Positions 24,672-37,405 of a stretch of 64,000 nt of DNA are shown here, one piece after another. The translations under genes and the position numbers were made by a program. Source of the DNA: Heteronotia binoei (taxonomy: Eukaryota); assembly GCF_032191835.1 (NCBI RefSeq), contig NC_083231.1, positions 36,890,001 through 36,954,000 on the forward strand, given 5' to 3'. The notes below the pieces were generated by a model. That model ran no database searches. It saw only the letters and a list, made by a program, of their open reading frames with translations, and was not told the origin of the DNA. Positions within the stretch are counted from its first letter, which is position 1; each line of letters opens with the position of its first letter.

Positions 24672-26376
24672 GCTTAGTATTGGTATTGGATACAACACAA
24701 TAGATTTGTGGGCCCCAACTAGAAGTGTAAAAATTCTAGAAATTTTGAAGCCATGAAAAAGTGCTTTATTCTGTTTTTTAAAAACTTAGTATGCTATAAT
24801 AATGTAAATATGTATGGAATTTAAAAGTTATCTCTAGCCCATTCCCTTGTGCCTTTCCCCTTATACCTCTGCAAGGCAAATGACTAGAAACTTACTTTTT
24901 AAAAATGAAAGCTGGGAATTCAGAGAACCTGCTAAGCATAGTTAAAACATTCCAGAGATATATTGCTATTTTAGTGCCATTTTTTAAAAAAAAGGGGGGT
25001 GCTATGATGCCTCCTCTGATGATAACAGCATCTGCATTATTGATGGCATGTGAGGAAGAAAACAAACTGACTCCACAACTATAAAAATGCACCCGGAGGG
25101 CAAATGTGTGGAAGATCTGTGCCCTGTGCTTGTGGACTGATTCCCAAGAAAACTCAGGGAAGTGTATTGTGTTATATTCTTCCCCAATCCTTTCTCCCTT
25201 TCCCCTTTTCAAGACAAGGGTCAGGTCTGGGTTCACACTTTAAATGTAGAATAGCATCAAGAATATGTGTATTCGTTCTGATAGCATTTAACGGAGTTAC
25301 TGCATTGCAAACAAACTTACAGATGGCATGTTGAGTGAACCAGTTAAACCAAAGTTCTCACTTTGCTTGGTCAACACAGCAATCAAACCCCATGGCTGCT
25401 GTTTACGAAAAAATTAGATAGAAATTCTCTCTCCTGAAATCCCAGCAAGTAATAAATACTAATTCTGCTTTAGCTTAACAGAATAAGCTTCATGGCCACT
25501 ACCAACAAGGGAATCTTCAGGGCCAACCATTACTTCATTTAAATCTTCAACTCAGATTCGTGTGCTAGTGCCCTGCAGAGAGCAAGAAACATTCACTATA
25601 AGCAGCATCCTGTAATGTAATAAGTTGCAGGCCTGTGGAGTCCTTTCATCTGCCAAGGAGCCAAGTGTATTGGTATGCATTACGCCCCCCTCCTGAGTCA
25701 TGACTTTACATCTTGTTAAGATGTTTAAATTTTAAGGCTCCAGATTAGAGGATTGATTGCTGCATTTCTCCTTTCATTTGTAGCAGTGGGGATGCTTTTT
25801 CCTTGATGATGAAGTGCTTTTTCTTCCACTACTTTGAGAGGGGTGAAGGTGATGACATGATTTATTGATTACCCCTAGGAATAACTGCAGCAGTCTGAAA
25901 TCGACTTTGACAATGACAGAGACTGTCTGCAGAAGAACTTCACGGTTATTCTAACTCTGTGGCCACAAAAGATATCCTGCGCAGGAAGACCTCTCCTGGA
26001 GAATGTTTGTGCAGGGACAAAGTACCCTCCCCACCCACAACCAAAAGCACAGGTTGGGGGGTGGGGCGTTTCAGTACATGTTTAACTTTCCTCCTGAAAT
26101 CTATAGGTTGAAAAGTGTCGGACTTTGAAATGGGCATATAGCAGCCTTTTGCGCAAATGTATATGACATCAGTGCTTTGAATAAGATATTAACAGAACAG
26201 ATAATATACTTTTATTTAGTTTGCAGTTTGAACAGATAATATTTGGAGGTTTTGGTCAGGCAACAAGGCAAGTAGTGGGGAAAATGTATGATGATGGATT
26301 TTTGGCAAGCAACACAGGGACATGTAGGAACAGAGACTAGGGCCAGTAGAACCATAATCATGCCTTGGCCTTATAA

Positions 26377-26759
26377 TAGGGTTGCCAGACCCCACCCCCG
26401 GTGGAGGCAGAGGTTCCCCACTGCCAGGCCCCATCCCTCAGCTGCTGATCAGCTGGCCACAGAAGTGACTTATCAAGAGAGAGAGGAAGACTCAGGCCAT
26501 GATGCCGATGCCACACTGGAACTGATGTCATCACACTAATGATGTCTGGGTGATACTTCGATATTTGGGCAAAAACTCTATGGTAGAAGCTGTTTTACCG
26601 TAGAGTTTTTGTCCAAATACCAGAATGTCACAGTGACATTGCAGCTTCATGATGTCTCTTCCCACGTGACACTAGCAATGTGGCCTTGGCCACCCTTTTT
26701 CTCTTGGTAAGTCTCCCCACCATTCCCTGCCAGTTCCTAAGAAGGGCCTGGCAAACATA
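26377..26759 (+). mobile_element. hAT MITE, TAGGGTTGCCA family, with an internal hairpin
   Basis: TAGGGTTGCCAG...CTGGCAAACATA; internal ATTTGGGCAAAAACTCTATGGTA / TACCGTAGAGTTTTTGTCCAAAT. Confidence 0.7.
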
Positions 26760-28328
26760 ACCTCATGACGGCTCACTCAAGTTAGATTTGACATCTGTAA
26801 TATTGGCAGACACTAACTTTGTTTCAAAGATTTTCACCTTGGTAATGAGGGGCAGAATATTTCTCTATTTAAAACGCAAAAGTTTATGGACTCTCAGGGC
26901 TCCAAGAGTCCTGTCAATTTACCACACTTTGTGGCAGAATGGAAGCTGTATGGATTTCTAGTCACCCTGCACAATCATTCATATACAGTGCTGTACTTTA
27001 GGAAGATTTTTGGAGAGCTGTAGCACTGGAAGAGCACTAGGGAAGGTTAAGAATTGCCAATAAAAATGTCACACTGCCCCCAGCAGATGAATGAAGACCC
27101 TTCCCTCTCAGCCCATGAAAGTTGAATGCAAAGAAAAGCCTTTCTTGAAAATATCTGCCTTTGGCCATCTGTGGTTCTTACACTTTGGGTGAGGTAGAGA
27201 ATGTACTATTTCCTAAGCCCAGTCAAATGTGTTAATTCTGAGTTAAACACTGAAGTACTGTCATTCACATTACTAATAGCTTTTTTCCCTTACACAGGCA
27301 ACCAAACAGATGGTAGACAGCCTTGGGAGACCATCTAAGGACAATGACAGGTGGCTATCGATACTGCATGTCACCTATCCACTTTAGCTGCCGCCACTAA
27401 TTCTTTGCTACAATAAGGCCTCTGCTGTGAAAAAAAAATACTTCAGCTGACACAGGAATCCCAGTGTTTGACCAAATCAAAGTTCTTTAGTAATCCAAAT
27501 AACCAAGTATCGATATTAGCAATTTCTCTCCATAACTATCATAATGCTCTGTAACAAGAGGAAAAGGAATCTGAAATTGAAAACCTTCACCAGAAGGTGG
27601 CAGAGCAATACTGAATGTCAGAAGTGGGGAGAGGTTCTTCTAAACAAGCACAAGAAGACATTCTTAATGAACACAACAGAGAAAGCATCCCTAAATGGCC
27701 TCCGGGTTAGAAAACTCCTTGAGATTTAGGGGTGGAGCCTGGGAAGGGCAGGGTTTGGGAAAGGATGTCAGTAGGATGTGATGCCACAGAGTCCACCCTC
27801 CAAAGCATGCATTTTCTCCAAGGGAACTGATCTCTGTGATCTGGAGATCAGTTGTATTTCTGGGAGATCTCCAGGCCCCACCTAGAGGCTGTCAACCTTA
27901 CAACATCCTCACCATCAAAAATCTGAATGACATTCTCAGAACATGTTTACCCCTTTCTAGGAGTTCAAAAGTAAACTCTATTCAAGTTAAAACTGAATTC
28001 AGTTTATGTGCAAAGACACAGAATCACAAATACTCCAGTCAAACTACCTTTGACTACCTCTTCCCCCCCCCCCCCCCACTATTATATCCAATTCACCCAA
28101 CTATAGCTTGTGCAGAACCAGTTCAAGACTTGTTTTCCAATTCTGGTCTAGAGGGCAAGGACAAACCATAATTTGCCAGTTCAGATGTAATGGCAAACTC
28201 TGGTTTGCTTCAAAAGAGGAAATACAGAAAGAACTGGAGGATGCAAAGGGAGAATGGAAGAAGGCGTACATAAACCTGAAGCAAACTTGGTGGTGGAAAG
28301 TATTGTCAAGTCCCAGTCAACTTAGGGT

Positions 28329-28496
28329 GACGCATAAGGGGTTTCAAAACAAGAAACAGAGGTGGTTCTCCATTGCCTTCCTCTGCACAGCAACCCTGGA
28401 CTTCCTTGGTGGTTTCCCATCCAAGTACTAACCAGTACCAACTCTACTAAGCTTCTGAGAACTGATGAGATCAGGCTATCCTGGGCCATACAGGGC
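28329..28496 (-). mobile_element. 5S-derived SINE
   Basis: CTGATCTCATCAGTTCTCAGAAGCTTAG...GTTAGTACTTGGATGGGAAACC on the minus strand. Confidence 0.75.
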
Positions 28497-28615
28497 TGAA
28501 GAAAGCTTACGTAAAGCCAAATCAAGCAACAGAACCATAGAAGAGTTTCAAGCAGCAAGATGTACATCCACACACCCAAATATTAGATGCAGGTTTGACA
28601 CTATAACATTTTTAC

Positions 28616-29232
28616 CTGCATTTCTCGAAGGTGACGTGATCTCTCTAACATTTTCACTGAGGTCTTTATCATCTGTAAGAGACTGAGAAGATGTTCTGTT
28701 TCCAGAGTCCAACAGGATTTGGTTCTCACAGAGGCTAATGCCTGCAAAATCACTCGGCAAATCGCAGTCCTCAAAGTCTGCTGTGAGGTGGTGCAATGGA
28801 GAGTCTTGAGGTGGCACTGAAAAAGCACCTTCTAAAACCAAAGGTGATCCAGGAGGGGACAAGGAGGAAAGGGAGGATCTTGAAGACAAGGAGGTCACTG
28901 ATTTTGGAGGTTCAGTTAATTTGGGGAGATAGCTTGTTGCCGAAGAGCCAGAAGAATCACTATGACCCACTCTCCCATGGGAGTTGACCACCTCGTTTTC
29001 ATGTATGGTTGTGATAGGGCCCGATGGAATGTAACCACATTTCTCTTGCAACATGAAGTCCAGTTTATACTGATAGTCCAAGTCTGTGGTTTGATCACCT
29101 TGGTTATAATATAGATCTGTAGAGCTGAGGGAATTCAGTGATCCCCTGCTAGATGTGTTCAGAGACCCACGACTGGATGCCAGGGACCCCAGGCTGCTCC
29201 CAGATGATACAGATAATGTACTGGCAGAGAGA
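28616..29232 (-). CDS. WWC2: WWC2 exon (~11), 617 nt, Ser-rich linker LSASTLSVSSGSSLGSLASSRGS...SPSRNA
   Basis: Acceptor ttgtag|T, donor CAG|gtaaaa; lies within ORF 28548-29255. Confidence 0.97.
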
Positions 29233-29816
29233 CTACAAAAAAACATGAAAAACAAGCCACAAATCAGTTTGAACTATTATATGCCTGATTATTAACAGTT
29301 CAAAATAAAAGGCAAAATATTTAATATAATCCAATCTGTCTATAGAGCAGATAAGCATAATAACACTCTGTATAAATATAATGTTTTGCAGTCTTGTTTT
29401 TCTGTTACAGCTTGGTGAGAAATTCTAGGGTCTCATTTGCTAACGATAACAAATCTGTTTCAACCTGACAGTGTCCCATGAGGGTGTACTAACAGAATAT
29501 TTTGTACTTTTCAACAATTGTCATTTTTTATGCAATTGGTTTGCAATGTATGATGAGAGCCCACTCATCTTTTAATTTACTATTTGGAATGACTTGTTCT
29601 TCTGTCTTTTGCATTTTGTGTTCCTTTCGTTAACGGAAACAGACAATGCATACACACTGCAAAAATGCCAGAACTTTTATTGACAAGAAGAATAAAAGAA
29701 CTGTCAGAGTAAAACAGAAAACTTAGCTGGCCATTTTTTTGAATGCAAGAAAATAGTGCCTTCTTTTCTGTTTATCAGTCTGATTCAGATTAGCCTCAGT
29801 GCACAGTTACCCAGAG

Positions 29817-30054
29817 CAGTGGGCCCCAACACCAGTGACCCCCCAACATCTTTTTGGCACCAGGGCTTGGTTTTGTGGAAGACAATTTTTTCACGGACCG
29901 GTGGGGATGGGGATGCTGGGAGTTTTGCTGCCCCAGGCTGCCCCCCGTGGGTCTTTAAATAAGGAGTAGGTGAAGTCTCTGCCTCACTCTGCGGCCTGGT
30001 TTCTAACAGGCCACGGACTGGTACTGGTCCACGGACCGGGGGTTGGGGACCCCT
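29817..30054. mobile_element. hAT (Charlie/MER1-like) MITE
   Basis: CAGTGGGCCCCAAC...GGTTGGGGACCCCT; the start at 6968 is related. Confidence 0.7.
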
Positions 30055-30099
30055 TACCTAGAGAAAAAAACTGTTTTGCACCCAGGAGGTGTTGTGCAC

Positions 30100-30270
30100 T
30101 TCCTGGTGATCCCTGGCCTATCCACTTAGTCTCAACCAAGGCGCGGGCTTTTTTGGCCCTTGCCCCAACCTGGTGGAACATGCTTCCACTCAAGATCATG
30201 GCCCTGTGGGGCTTATTACAGTTCCGCAAGGCCTGTAAAATGGAGCTGTTCTGCCGGGCTTTTGGCTGAG
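30100..30270 (+). mobile_element. L2-like LINE 3' fragment
   Basis: STKARAFLALAPTWWNMLP-like translation, typical of L2 ORF2 C-termini. Confidence 0.55.
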
Positions 30271-30740
30271 GTGGCAGATGTTCAAATATTCAGACATTCT
30301 GGCCTCCCGTGCTCATGCCCCAACAAATTTCTTGGGGTAAAAGATTTTGAGAGTCAAAGCTCCTTTTGCTTGGTATTTGATAAAGAGAGCTTTGCCTCTC
30401 GAAAGCTTATACCCTGAAAATCTTGTTGGTCTCTCAGGTGCTACTAGACTCCAACCTCTCTTCTACAGCAGACCAATGTGGTCACCCTCCTGAATAGGGT
30501 TGCCAAGTCCCATTTTAAAAATATCTGGGGACTTTGGGGGTGGAGCCAGGAGACTTTGGGGGTGGAGCCAGGAGACACTGGGGTGGAGCTAGGGGGAGGG
30601 GGGGAAACGGCGCCGGGGAGCGTAGCTGCTCCTCTGAGATGGGCTCAAATTGGGCCCCTCTCGGAGGAGCAGCTGCGGGGGAGGGTGGGGGCAGCAGCGC
30701 AGCGGCGTCGCGCGCTCCGCCTCTGGGTTGGAATCGGGGG

Positions 30741-30806
30741 CTGCTGCAGGAGGGAGACGCGCCGGCCTACCGCGGCCTGCTGGCCCAGTGCCTCGTGGGG
30801 CTGCCC
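30741..30806 (+). pseudogene. Captured fragment resembling TERT exon 1 (TEN domain)
   Basis: Translates to LLQEGDAPAYRGLLAQCLVGLP, versus human TERT [22 protein letters not shown] as recalled (13/22 identical plus 4 conservative). Confidence 0.6.
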
Positions 30807-30944
30807 GCCCCGCCGCCGGCGTCGCGCTGCTGCTGGTGCTGCTGGGCGGCGGGCAGCGCGGACGAGGGCGAGGAGGCGCCCTTGCCGCGCGGGGACTTCT
30901 TACGGGACATGCTGGCTCAGGGCGCCGCCAGTGCTGCCGCCGCC

Positions 30945-31886
30945 AGTACCGGCCTTGCCCGCCCGACGCAGCTCCAGCCGCCCCTCCTGAGCGCCGCTGC
31001 CACCATCCCGACCTGCTGCTCGCCCGCCTTCTCTTCCCTTCCTGCGGCCCGCTACAGCCGCCCCGCCTCGCCACGCCTGCCCTCGGCACCTCTCTCAGCC
31101 ACTGGCAACACCGCGCCCGCCCCGAGCCGCCCAGCCAGCCCCCAAACCCGGCCAGAGGGAGCGGCGGCTGCACGTACGAGCAGGGGGGCCGGGGAGGGCA
31201 GCAGGCCCCCCTCAACACTCCGCCCCCATTGCTTCCCCTTTGGGAAACGGCCGCTGGCTGAGAGCAGAGCCCCCTTGCCCGCCCTCGGCAGCCTTTGGCC
31301 CAACAGCGCCACGGAGGAGCAGCTGTGGGGAGAGGGGGCGGAGTCATCCGCTCCGGGATGGGGCGGCTCGCCATGTTCGTGGCACCGTTTCCCCCCCTCC
31401 CCCGCTTTCGTTTTTGGAAGTACCGGCCTCGCCCGCCCGACGCAGCTCCAGCCGCCCCTCCTGAGCGCCGCCGCCACCATCCCGACCTGCTGCTCGCCCG
31501 CCTTCTCTTCCCTTCCTGCGGCCCGCTACAGCCGCCCCGCCTCGCCCGCCCTCGGCACCTCTCTCAGCCACTGGCAACACCGCGCCCGCCCCGAGCCGCC
31601 CAGCCAGCCCCCAAACCCGGCCAGAGGGAGCGGCGGCTGCACGTGCGAGCAGGGGGGCCGGGGAGGGCAGCAGGCCCCCCTCAACACTCCGCCCCCATTG
31701 CTTCCCCTTTGGGAAACGGCCGCTGGCTGAGAGCAGAGCCCCCTTGCCCGCCCTCGGCAGCCTTTGGCCCAACAGCGCCACGGAGGAGCAGCTGTGGGGA
31801 GAGGGGGCGGCGTCACCCGCTCCGGGATGGGGCGGCTCGCCATGTTCGTGGCACCGTTTCCCCCCCTCCCCCGCTTCCGTTTTTGG
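30945..31886 (+). repeat. Two tandem near-identical GC-rich copies (~474 and ~468 bp)
   Basis: AGTACCGGCC(T/C)... begins at 30945 and again at 31419; the copies match through ...CCCGCTT(T/C)CGTTTTT. Confidence 0.93.
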
Positions 31887-33020
31887 GGGGAGCGGGGGAA
31901 GAGGGTGGAAATCCTGGCGTCCCCCGCCAGAGCGGGAGGGTTGGGAAGCCTACTCCTGAAACAATCTGCAGTGGATTTATCCCTCTCCCCACTTCAGTGT
32001 AGTCTGGAGCACCATGGGAAAGGGAAATCTGGACAGTTTCAACAATTGCTTTAGGGGGGTTGGTCAGCTTTGCTCCAATGGCTCTAAGTTAATGTGAACA
32101 CTTCATTTTTGCTAGCATGTGAATCAGACTATCTGACAAGAAAATTCCTCTGCACCGTTCAATACTAACGATGAAAAGAAATTAAAAAAAATTTACATTC
32201 CACTTCTCATCTGTATCTTGTAGTTTTGCTGTAGCTCAAGCCACAGCAGCAACAGGACTACCCAAGTAGAGAAAAGAGCGCAATTAGAGTTGCTTTAAGA
32301 GAAGCAGCTCCTACTGTTGGCAGTCTCCACATGGGGAATGGAGATCTCTCAGAATTACAACTGATTTCCAGACTACAGAGATCAGTTGCTCTGGAGAAAA
32401 AGGCTGCTTTGGCAGTATACTCTGCTGAGGTTCCTCCTCTCCCCAAATTGTGACCTCAACAAGTTCCACCTCCAGATCTCCAAGAATTTCCCAGTCCAGA
32501 GCTGGTCACCCTAAGCTCTGTCCTGCCAGTGACTGCTGACAAGTTTTCTTGGCAACTGCACCTGAAGGGTCTATGTCCTAGAGAAATGGAACATTTGTCC
32601 ATTTTGTTTCCCTGTTTTCTTGGCAACATCACAGACAGGACAAACAAGTTAAGGTTGGTCACTACCCCCATCTTCTTTTACTTTTTTATTTATTAGGTTT
32701 TGCTGTAATTATTTTTGTTTCAAATTGTTTTGTTAAGCTTTGTAATGCCCACATTGATCAAATATGAGGTAAAAAGGCTCTAAATTGATGAAAAATCAAT
32801 AAGTAACTATGCACCGTATAGGCCATGTTGACATGGAGCAGACCTGATAAAAGCCGTAGAGAGCAAAACATTCCATAGCAGCTACAAAGCACATTTTTGT
32901 GTGACAAAATGTAAAAGTGTTTTACAAAATCTCATCTGGAATAAAATAGTGATATTTAAAATTAGACAATGATCTTGTCAAACAAGCAGTGCACAAACAG
33001 CGTAAACAATCCAAACTCAC

Positions 33021-33110
33021 CTTTTAAGCTGCAAATGCAAATAAGTAGTTAGTTTAGTAGTTTCTTCAAGTTTTTTAACTAAGGTTTTTCTTCTCTCTTC
33101 CAATTTTAAC
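33021..33110 (-). CDS. WWC2: WWC2 exon (~10), 90 nt, LKLEERRKTLVKKLEETTKLTTYLHLQLK(S)
   Basis: Acceptor ttctag|G, donor AG|gtgagt; phase 2 to 2. Confidence 0.95.
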
Positions 33111-33593
33111 CTAGAAAATATAAGCATCATTGCTATTGTATAAAAACAGCTCTGACAAAGCAGTCAAAATCTATGTTGCAGATGGAATACAACCTCAAAA
33201 CCCTCTCTCATTGGTATACTGCATTTTAGCTGTTAATCCATCTCTAAAAGGCCGATTTTGCAAGTGACTAGCAATAATTTAGATTATGGCCATGCAGAGA
33301 GGGGGATTTAACCCTTTTATTCTGCTTCATTATGCTAATCAAAACCAGGTTCCCTCTGCTTTAAATGGAAAAAGACAGGTTATTAAAGGATGCATCTTTT
33401 CCCCTTTAAGGTACCAATAACAACACGGGAAGTTCAGTTTTGATTAGCAAAACTGGGTGCGACTGAAGAACTAAATACTCCCCCCTACCTGTATGGTGCT
33501 AAATCTAAACTAGGGCCATGGGAACACAATTTACCTTTACAGACAGATTATGTGACTTTCCCCATGTCAATTAATGCTTCAAAGTGGGAGCTC

Positions 33594-34080
33594 TAGGGTT
33601 GCCAGGTCCAACTGGGGTGGGGACAGGAGACTTTGGGGGTGGAGGCAGGAGCAAGGGTGTGACAAGCTCCTGAAGGGAGCTCTGGCCATCACATTTAAAG
33701 GGACCACACTCCCTTTAAATGCCTTTCCTTCATTGGAAATAACAGAAGATGGAGACACCATATTTGGGGCTCACAGAATTGGACCCCCCTGGTCCAATAA
33801 TTTTGAAACTTGGGGGGGGGGTGCTTTAAGGAGAGCGTAGCATTTTCAACATAGCATTTGGTGCCTCTACCTCAAAAAACAGTCCCCCCCCCCACAGCCC
33901 CAGATACCTACAGATCAATTCTTCACTATACCCTATGGGGACCAGTCTTCATAGGGTATAATGGAATGTCCACCGGACTTTCAACCCCCCCCCCCCGCCC
34001 TCTTTCTGATAACCCTGAAGTTGGGGGAGGGCCTCCAAACCAGGGGATCCCCTACCCCCAACTGTGGATTAGCAACCTTA
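33594..34080 (+). mobile_element. hAT MITE, TAGGGTTGCCA family (~490 bp, no GC-rich cargo)
   Basis: TAGGGTTGCCA...TTAGCAACCTTA; similar to 35373-35851. Confidence 0.8.
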
Positions 34081-35372
34081 GACCTCAAGGAAAGCTATAG
34101 TGTGATTATATTGGTTAGAGTGCTGGAGTAAGACTGAGAAGACCTAGGTATAAATTCTCACTTGCCATGAAACTTCCAGGCTGACCCTGGGTCAGTCATT
34201 CTTTCTGAGCCTACAAATTCTCAAAGGGTTGTTACCAGGATAAAATGGAGGACTGGAGAATCGTATATGTTGCCATGAGCATTGGAAGGAGGCAGGATTA
34301 AAATGCAGGATTACTACACAACTTTGCACTGTTGCAAACAGTACGCAATCAAGAGATATTTGCATCAATAGACTGAGCTTTCCCAATGCAATGCAACTTG
34401 TATAGTCCACTGTGGTATATGGGTATAGATACATACCAAACAACCAATAAGGAAAGACAGTAAGGTTGTACATGGCTTTTATATGTTCCTCATACCTCAT
34501 ACTGTTCCTCAAATACCACAAGTTTCATATTATCTTTTTTTAAAAACAATTTTCATAATTAACTAGATAACCATTACAATGTCTTTCCACTAAGGGCTGT
34601 AAAGCAGTTCCAATTTCATTGACTTTATTAAGATTCAAAGCCACCGATGTAGACAGCACCACAGCCCAAGGAGCCAAAAGCAGGACAAGCAGTGCTTCCA
34701 GTAGACAAGTAAGAAAATTACTTCTCCAGTCTAGAGATGTTTGCCCTTTCTGTTCTCTCCTTTTATTGCTTTCAATTCCCATGCTGAATTTCAACACCTT
34801 CCTCCTTTGTAAATTTTAACAGTTTAAACAAAAAGTTTGAAATGTTGAAAAATTAAAAAAAGATGACAAAAAAATCTAAAGTTGTGTAAGGCTGAATTCA
34901 ATTACGGAGTAAGGATTTTGAAAACAGAATTCTTTTATTGTGGAATTCATTGCTGTTCCTCCCTCCCTCCCAGTAATCATTCTAGCTCTGCAGTGCCAGA
35001 TTAAACCCTGTGGAGGCCCCTAGGCAGTCAAAATCTTGGGGACCCCTTGCAAATTATCTCAGAGTTGGAGCCACCACCCTGCTGCCTGTGGCCCCCACTG
35101 CAGCCTGCAAGCACTTTCCCAAAAGCCCCTTTGACAAAACTGCAGGAATGAGGCAGAGAGAGGCAAACTTTGTGACCACACCAGCAGTAGCCACACCAGG
35201 CATGTCGGGCAAAGAGCGGTTCAGTTGCTGGCTCCGTGTGGAGGCTGGGAGGGCTGCAAGTAGGGGAGGAAACGAGGGGGAGCCAGCCTGGGGCCCCTAA
35301 AGGCATGGGGGCCCATAGGACAGTGCCTACTTGGTCTAATGGTTAATCCAGTCCTATAGCTCTGGGGTTGTT

Positions 35373-35851
35373 GCAGGGTCACCAGGTCTGACTCAAGAAA
35401 TATCTGGGGATTCTGGGGGTGGAGCCAGGAGCAAGGGTGTGACAAGCACGACTGAACTCCAAAGGGAGTTCTGGCAACCACATTTAAAGGGACTGCACAT
35501 CTCGAACATCTTTAAAACGTTTTTCCTCCATTTGGAAATAACAAAGGATGGGTCATCTTCTTTTAGGGCTCATTGAATTGGATCCCCTGGTCCAATCTTT
35601 TTGAAACTTGGGGGTATTTTGAGGAGAAGTAACAAATGTTATGCTGAAAATTTGGTGTCTCTGCTTCAAAAAACAGCCCCCCACAAGCCCCATGGACCAA
35701 TTATCCATTATACCCAATGGGAATCAGTCTCCATATCATATAATGGAGTGCCCAGCAGACATTCCCCTCACACTTTCTGATAACCCTGAAATGGGGGGAG
35801 GGCCTCCATACCAGGGGATCCCCTGCCCCCAACTAGGGATTAGCAACCCTA
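35373..35851 (+). mobile_element. hAT MITE, TAGGGTTGCCA family (~480 bp)
   Basis: Shares the 5' subterminal AAATATCTGGGGA..GGGGGTGGAGCCAGGAG with the element at 30495; ends TTAGCAACCCTA. Confidence 0.8.
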
Positions 35852-37212
35852 GGCCTGGCAACCAGCAAAAGCCTGGGAAGGGGGACATGGGGGGACGGGG
35901 CCAGTGGCCACCCTACTCCCTAAGCTCCACTCTCAAAATTTCTAGTAATTTCCTACTCCAGAGTTTGCAACCCTATTTATAAAAGACCTATATACATTAA
36001 GTATGGGGCATAGGGGAAACAGCTACTAAATTCATGAAGGACTCTATCATATAGTTTTGTTGTTGTAATACATTTGCCTAATATCTAAATCTATTGCATT
36101 GTTCAGCATCAAGATGAAAATATAGGCAAAATGCATTACAGCTCTGCTTTTAATAATGCCTTTTTGTAATTCTACATATCACATCATACTGTTCTGTACC
36201 ATTCCTCTCTCCAGTGCTGTTTTTAAGTTTCCAAAATTCATTTTCGTTGCTGTTTTATTATGCAATATTCAGATATTAAGACTGACTTAAAAAGTGTGCA
36301 GTTGCCCCCCCTCCCCCCTTCCAAAGTTTTAAACTTGCTATAGAAACTTTCCCTTCGGGAGCCTTCTCTCTGAAATGCAAGTACAAGGGCAGGTTTCAAA
36401 TGCACACATCCCATCAAAGGTACAGCTTGGCATGCAAAATAGACATTTAAGCTCTGGGGGTCTTAGCACTAAGGTTTATTTCCTTTGTGATGCAGACACC
36501 TTAAGGGAGAGGTAAAGGCCTCCACTTTAGTACAGCACTAAATACACATTGAAATCTACTCTTGTTCTGTGTAGGATTCTAAATGCTCCATTACAGACCT
36601 ACAAAGAGAAGGTAGAAATGCCTCAGTGGAAAGCACTGAGACTTGGTTCCTTAAATATCAGGTTTATATTCCCCCCCTCACTTTTCTTCCACGGGCAATG
36701 CTCATTTTTGCCACATGCATGAAAATCAGCCAAGTGGCCATAAGAGTGTATCTTTGATGTCTTTTATTACATTAAGGGATTTCTATTAGATCTACTACTT
36801 ATTGGAGAAAATAACAACCCTATAAAAGCTAGTGGATGCCTCTTATTCTGAATACAGTATGTATTCTCCTCATTTTAAAAGTTTGATCTGGCATTCAAAA
36901 TGGCTATAAAGAGATCCCTTGAAATAGTCAGGGCCATGTGTTCTTTCTAAGCTGTAGGAAAAGGTCAGATAAATACAAAACCACACAGAGAAATGAATTC
37001 ATGCCAGCTAGCCAAAAGGATTGAGTAGAATTTTCCAGAGCTTTCTGGTATTTTGGCTAATGCCATGCCAGTTCTACAAACAGGTGAGCATAAGCAGATG
37101 CCTGATTTTACAAAATACATGTATGCAACCGTACAAAATGTTGATGGACACAGCTGGAGGAGTAACAAAGAACAACATAAACTTGCATGCACTATGCAGG
37201 TATGGGAACTGG

Positions 37213-37405
37213 CAGGGATTTTTTGGTAGAAAAGCCCAGCAGGAACTCATTTGCATATCAGGCCACACCCCCAATGTCACCATTGTTTCACACAGCACTT
37301 TATGTAGAAGTCCAGAAGGAGTTCATTTGCATATTAGGCCACACACCCCGATGACAAGCCAGTTGGAACTGCGTCCCTGTGGGTTCCTGCTCAAAAAAAG
37401 CCCTG
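37213..37405. mobile_element. hAT MITE, CAGGGCTTTTTT family
   Basis: Perfect 8-bp TSD GGAACTGG; two ATTTGCAT octamers. Confidence 0.88.

Larger units (their letters stand above)
30495..31952 (+). mobile_element. Non-autonomous hAT (Blackjack-like) element with GC-rich cargo
   Basis: Ends TAGGGTTGCCAA...TTGGGAAGCCTA (10/12 inverted match); perfect 8-bp TSD CTCCTGAA at 30487-30494 and 31953-31960; no transposase. Confidence 0.88.

Noticed and set aside
25720-25831. Open stretch in frame with exon ~11 (VVEEKALHHQGKSIPT...)
   Set aside because: It has a weak AAG acceptor, a stop after ~35 codons and no convincing donor.
30478-32054. Overlapping ORFs up to 398 aa as a real nested gene
   Set aside because: They are open in most frames because of GC content, include vector-like MITE ends and a tandem duplication, and have no domain beyond the 22-codon TERT-like piece.
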